Below are positions 23,533 through 27,133 of a stretch of 27,133 nt of DNA, piece after piece. Both the position numbers and the translations under genes were made by a program. This stretch comes from Candidatus Eiseniibacteriota bacterium (GTDB lineage Bacteria; Eisenbacteria; RBG-16-71-46), in assembly GCA_031366795.1 (NCBI GenBank), contig JANLOX010000473.1:1-27133 (forward strand). Reading direction: 5' to 3'. Below the pieces are notes generated by a model. That model was not told the origin of the DNA. It did not search any database and saw only the letters and a list, made by a program, of their open reading frames with translations. How positions within the stretch are numbered: the first letter of the stretch is position 1; each line of letters opens with the position of its first letter.

Positions 23533-24321
23533 CTATGCCCCGCCGGGAGCCTCGGCATCCCCCGCCCCCGGCAACGAGCGCAGCAGTTCGAGCGAGCGCA
23601 GCCCATGGAAACGCTGGAAGTGATGCCTGAAGAACATCTCCACCACGCGCTGGATCTCCGCGGTGCGCTTCACTTCGACAAACTCGCCGGCCTGCTCGAC
23701 GGGTCGCGACAGCAGCAACGCCAGCCCGCCCAGCGCATCGGCGGACAACGGGATGGTGCCCGGCTCCGACGCGGCGCAGCGGTCGCACGCGAGTCCGCCC
23801 CGTACCGGCGAGAACAATCGCCGCGGTGAGATCGGCGCGCCGCATCCCGCGCACGCATCGAGCCGCGGGCGGTAGCCGAGCAGGCTCGCGACCTGCAACT
23901 CGAAGGCGATGACCACCGCCGGCAACGAGGCGAGCGGCGCGCGCGTGACGGCATCGAGTGCCTCGGCCAGCAGATCGAACAATTCCGGCTGCGGCTCCTC
24001 GCCCCACACAAGCCGGTCGATCAACTCCGTTGTTGCCTGGGCGTGCGCGAGCCGCGCGAGATCTGCCAGCTTGCTTCCGGTCGGCGTGACCGTGTCGGCT
24101 TGCGACAACAGGTGCAGGTCGCGATCGGCCTTGTGGTAAAACACATAGCGTCCGCGAGAGAGTGGCTCGAGCGCGTAGCCAAAGCGCTGCGGCGTCTTGC
24201 GCGCACCCTTGGCGACCAGGCGCACCATTCCCATATCGCGCATGAACACCACGACGATACGGCTGGTGTCGCCGAGCGGGTAGGTCTTGAGGACGATGCC
24301 TTCGCTGCGTTGCAGCGCCAC
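23533..24321 (-). CDS. recO: DNA repair protein RecO
   Basis: EGIVLKTYPLGDTSRIV...G.V.LVAKGARK...LEPL and zinc finger CAGC...CDRC. Conserved recO-glyQ-glyS order. Confidence 0.95.
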   Translation of the reverse strand: MALQRSEGIVLKTYPLGDTSRIVVVFMRDMGMVRLVAKGARKTPQRFGYALEPLSRGRYVFYHKADRDLHLLSQADTVTPTGSKLADLARLAHAQATTELIDRLVWGEEPQPELFDLLAEALDAVTRAPLASLPAVVIAFELQVASLLGYRPRLDACAGCGAPISPRRLFSPVRGGLACDRCAASEPGTIPLSADALGGLALLLSRPVEQAGEFVEVKRTAEIQRVVEMFFRHHFQRFHGLRSLELLRSLPGAGDAEAPGGA

Positions 24322-24372
24322 GATGCGTGCTCCGTTCGGGTGTGGCCGGGATTGCGGCGATGCGGCGTTCGG

Positions 24373-25065
24373 CTAGGCGGAGGGTTTGCCCGCGATCGGG
24401 AGGCCCTGCGGCTTCGCGACTGGCGGCTGCACCACGCCGCCCGAGACGATGACCTGCAGACCATACTCGACCGGCCAATCGAGGTAGACGACCTGGTCGC
24501 GCGCCACGTAATGCACGAAGCCCGAGGCAGGGTTCGGCGTGCTCGGCACGAACACGACCTCGACTTCCTGCTTGAGCCCGTGCACGACTTCCGCCGGCGC
24601 GCGCCCCGTGATGAACCCGACACGCCACGAGCCCTGCGACGGCCACGGTACCAGCACGACGCTCTGGAATGGTTGCTGCTTCGGGTTGAGCAATGCGTCG
24701 CCGAGCGACTTGGTCGAGCCATAGAGCAGCGCGATGCCGGGAATGCGCATCAACACGCGGTCCCACAGCCGGCCGATCGGCCCCGATCCCAATCGCGAGA
24801 TGACCGCGCCAACGATGATCAGTAACAACACCGTCGCCAACAGCCCCGCCCCCGGCAAGCGGCGGTAGTCGAACGCTTCGAAGCGCAGGTAGCGGCCAAG
24901 CCAGTTGTCGATCGTGTTGAGCAGGCGGAAGAACACCCACACCGTGATCGCCGAGGGCGCGAGCACGAGCAACCCGGTGAGCAGCCAGATGCGCACGCGC
25001 CCGAGCAGGGTACGCTGGGCGGGAATGGCTACGTCGGGCAATGGTGTGGGATCGCGCGAGGTCAT
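24373..25065 (-). CDS. DUF502-family membrane protein
   Basis: LLTGLLVLAP.AITVWV, two TM helices, RIPGIALLYGSTK, FQSVVLVPWP..G.W.VGFIT, VFVPSTPNPASGF, IVSGG. Confidence 0.9.
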   Translation of the reverse strand: MTSRDPTPLPDVAIPAQRTLLGRVRIWLLTGLLVLAPSAITVWVFFRLLNTIDNWLGRYLRFEAFDYRRLPGAGLLATVLLLIIVGAVISRLGSGPIGRLWDRVLMRIPGIALLYGSTKSLGDALLNPKQQPFQSVVLVPWPSQGSWRVGFITGRAPAEVVHGLKQEVEVVFVPSTPNPASGFVHYVARDQVVYLDWPVEYGLQVIVSGGVVQPPVAKPQGLPIAGKPSA

Positions 25066-25113
25066 CGAGTGGAGGCTCCGTGGGCGCGAGAGTCCACGAA
25101 GCGGAGAGTGGGG

Positions 25114-25581
25114 TCAACTTGCGGACGCGAACTCGAAAGCCGCGCGGCACCAGGCGAGCTCATCCGCGAGCCAGCGGCAGAACACCCACTCGGGGCCAAG
25201 GTCCTCGAGGTCGGAGCTCGGCTGGCCGCCCGTCTGATGCGTCACTCTCGTGGCGCCCGCGCGGATCGCCTCGGCGCGATCGAGTTCGGGAAGCCTGAGT
25301 GCATAGGGGTGCGTGCCGTTCGCGAACCCGAAGACGATGCCCGTGGTCGGATGCATCAAGGCGGGCGTGCCGTAAACGACGGCCCGGCAATCCGTGGGAA
25401 GCTGCGCTTGCAACTCATCCCAGTGCCGCGCGACCAGATCGGGATGCGTGCCCAGCGCCATGTACGGCTGTTCGATTTGGTCAGGCAGGGCCAGCGGCAG
25501 CAGCCCTTGCCGTAATTCGCGCGAGCCGAACCGGCGGCGGCGGCCCGCATTCGCGGGGTGATCGAGTGCGGCAGGATTCAT
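25114..25581 (-). CDS. Hypothetical protein, about 155 aa
   Basis: ATG at 25581 after GGGAG. Globular-looking sequence (LGTHPDLV...VVYGTPALMHP.TGIVFGFA.GTH.YALRL), co-oriented with its neighbours. No family recognised. Confidence 0.7.
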   Translation of the reverse strand: MNPAALDHPANAGRRRRFGSRELRQGLLPLALPDQIEQPYMALGTHPDLVARHWDELQAQLPTDCRAVVYGTPALMHPTTGIVFGFANGTHPYALRLPELDRAEAIRAGATRVTHQTGGQPSSDLEDLGPEWVFCRWLADELAWCRAAFEFASAS

Positions 25582-25615
25582 GCGCGGCCGGTCTCCCGTG
25601 GATCCATCACGAACA

Positions 25616-26008
25616 TCATGAGCGCTCCTGCATCCATGCCGCGGCGACTTCGCGACCCCGCGCAAGATCATCCACCACGAGGATCAACTGGTGGTCATGA
25701 TCGCTGTAGAGGACCTCGATGTTCACACCGGCCTCGGCCATGCGGCGGGTGAGCATGCCGAGTTGGCCGGGAACCGCTTGCTTGAGTCGCTGAACGAGAA
25801 CCTCACGCTCGGCAAGAACGGTGATACCCGCGGCTTCCAAAGCGCGACGGGCGGCGGCTCCGTCCGCGAATAGAAAGTGCGCGATGCCCTTGCCATCGAC
25901 GACCCACGCGCCTCCGCCCTCGACACTCACGCCCGCGCGACCCAGGGCTTCGCCCATCTCGGCCAGCGCGCCGGGGCGATTATCGAGCGCGATGACGAGA
26001 TCCTTCAT
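25616..26008 (-). CDS. Tandem ACT-domain protein, 130 aa
   Basis: LDNRPGALAEMGEALGRAGVSVE and QAVPGQLGMLTRRMAEAGVNIEVLY are two ACT motifs. Confidence 0.88.
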   Translation of the reverse strand: MKDLVIALDNRPGALAEMGEALGRAGVSVEGGGAWVVDGKGIAHFLFADGAAARRALEAAGITVLAEREVLVQRLKQAVPGQLGMLTRRMAEAGVNIEVLYSDHDHQLILVVDDLARGREVAAAWMQERS

Positions 26009-26036
26009 CGGGCATCGCAGCGGGATTCGACGGCCC

Positions 26037-26510
26037 TCATTGCGCGACCGCGACGGGCTCGCATCGAACCTCCGTCTTCACCGAGTTCGCGATGAAGCAT
26101 TGCGCATGGGCTTCGTGATGCAGCGGGGCCAGATCGTCGGCCGTTGGCTGCTTGTCCCCGGAGAAGCTCACGCCGGGCCGCAGCGTCACAAGCGTCATCG
26201 CAAGTTTGCCCTCGGCATCCTTCGCGACCACGCCCACCGCTTCATCGCGATACTGGTCAACCACGAACCCATACTTCGCCGCGAGCGATAGGAACCACAA
26301 CATGTGGCAACTGGACAGACTCGCGACGAATGCCTCCTCGGGGTCAACTGCGGCCTCGACCGACAGCGGCACCCGCACGACCTTCGGCGACGACGAGGCC
26401 GGGACTTCGACACCGCCATCGAACAGCCAGCGATGCCCGCGGCTGTAGCGATTGTCGGTGAAGACGGCGCCCTCGCGGTTCCATTGCACGATGGCTGTGT
26501 GTTCGCTCAT
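26037..26510 (-). CDS. OsmC/Ohr-family protein, 157 aa
   Basis: YSRGH.W.FDGG, DPEEAFVASLSSCHMLWFL, V.LRP, H..AH..CFIANSVKTEV, with both family cysteines. ATG at 26510. Confidence 0.93.
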   Translation of the reverse strand: MSEHTAIVQWNREGAVFTDNRYSRGHRWLFDGGVEVPASSSPKVVRVPLSVEAAVDPEEAFVASLSSCHMLWFLSLAAKYGFVVDQYRDEAVGVVAKDAEGKLAMTLVTLRPGVSFSGDKQPTADDLAPLHHEAHAQCFIANSVKTEVRCEPVAVAQ

Positions 26511-26538
26511 CGGGTACCCCCTGGCCACCGAACGGGAT

Positions 26539-27132
26539 TCATCTGCTGTCGACGTAACGGTGGTAGATGTCGAACGGAACGCCCATCTGGCTCGCGTTCA
26601 TGTAGAACAATCGCGCCGGCGGATTGAAGAACTCGTATTGCGTCGCGGTGGCGGGCATCCACGACGGTTTCGCGCTGCTAAGCATCTGGGCCCTGAACGT
26701 CACACGCAGGCTGTGCACGCGAGGGCGCCCCACGGCCCCCGTCCGGCGAATGTACTCCTGCATCAACGGCGGCAGGGCCCTGAGGTCAGCCTCGGCCACC
26801 AACGGTGCCGGGAGCGCGGGATACCACCACCACGGCTTGCCTAGCACGAGTGCGATCGCCGAAGCGATGAGCAACAGCGCTGCGAGGAACGAGAGGAGGC
26901 CGGCCAGGGGAGAGATCGGCGCGCGCAGCTGACCGACGTCCGCCCATCCGAAGACCTTCGCTGGCCCGAGCAGATGGATGGCCGGCACGTTCAGAACGAC
27001 GACGTGTTCGCCAGTGCCGCCAGTCATCACGACCCGCGGGATACGGCAGACAAGCTCGTGACCCTCAGGCAGGCGCCGCAGGCTCTCGACTGCGGCGTCG
27101 AAGGCGAGCAGAAACTCGAGGCCGAGGCCGCT
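26539..27132 (-). pseudogene. Chimeric open frame: RelE/ParE toxin-like N-terminal piece fused to deleted and truncated DUF6544-like pieces (open at the right edge)
   Basis: One uninterrupted frame from the window edge: SGLGLEFLLAFDAAVESLRRLPEGHELV (ParE-like) - CRIPRVVMTGGTGEHVVVLNVPA - IHLLGPAKVFGW...WWWYPALP - APLVAEADLRALPPLMQEYIRRTGAVGRPRV...ARLFYMNA...YHRYVDSR*. Family calls come from recalled motifs, not a search. Confidence 0.6.
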
Positions 27133-27133
27133 G

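Overview
High-GC (roughly 68-70%) bacterial chromosomal region with almost every gene on the minus strand. The TonB-receptor remnant, lipoproteins and D-(S/T)-hydrophobic motifs point to a diderm, possibly FCB-group organism (inference only). Read in the direction of transcription (right to left): a chimeric ParE-like/DUF6544-like remnant, OsmC-family, ACT-domain, hypothetical and DUF502 genes, then recO-glyQ-glyS-PAP2, a small TPR-like fragment (+), pyrR, a divergent + strand lipoprotein with a candidate sigma54 promoter, and a pyrimidine operon pyrB-pyrC-carA-carB-[TPR lipoprotein]-pyrK-pyrD-pyrF with no pyrE. A PyrR-binding hairpin in the operon leader hides the pyrB Shine-Dalgarno. After pyrF come an ECF sigma factor, two paralogous zinc-finger anti-sigma factors sharing a 103-aa C-terminal domain I do not recognise, a TonB-dependent receptor pseudogene with several internal deletions, and the 5' part of an OPT transporter gene. 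No rRNA, tRNA, CRISPR array or transposase was seen. Many starts in the ORF track were corrected using RBS and stop/start overlaps.
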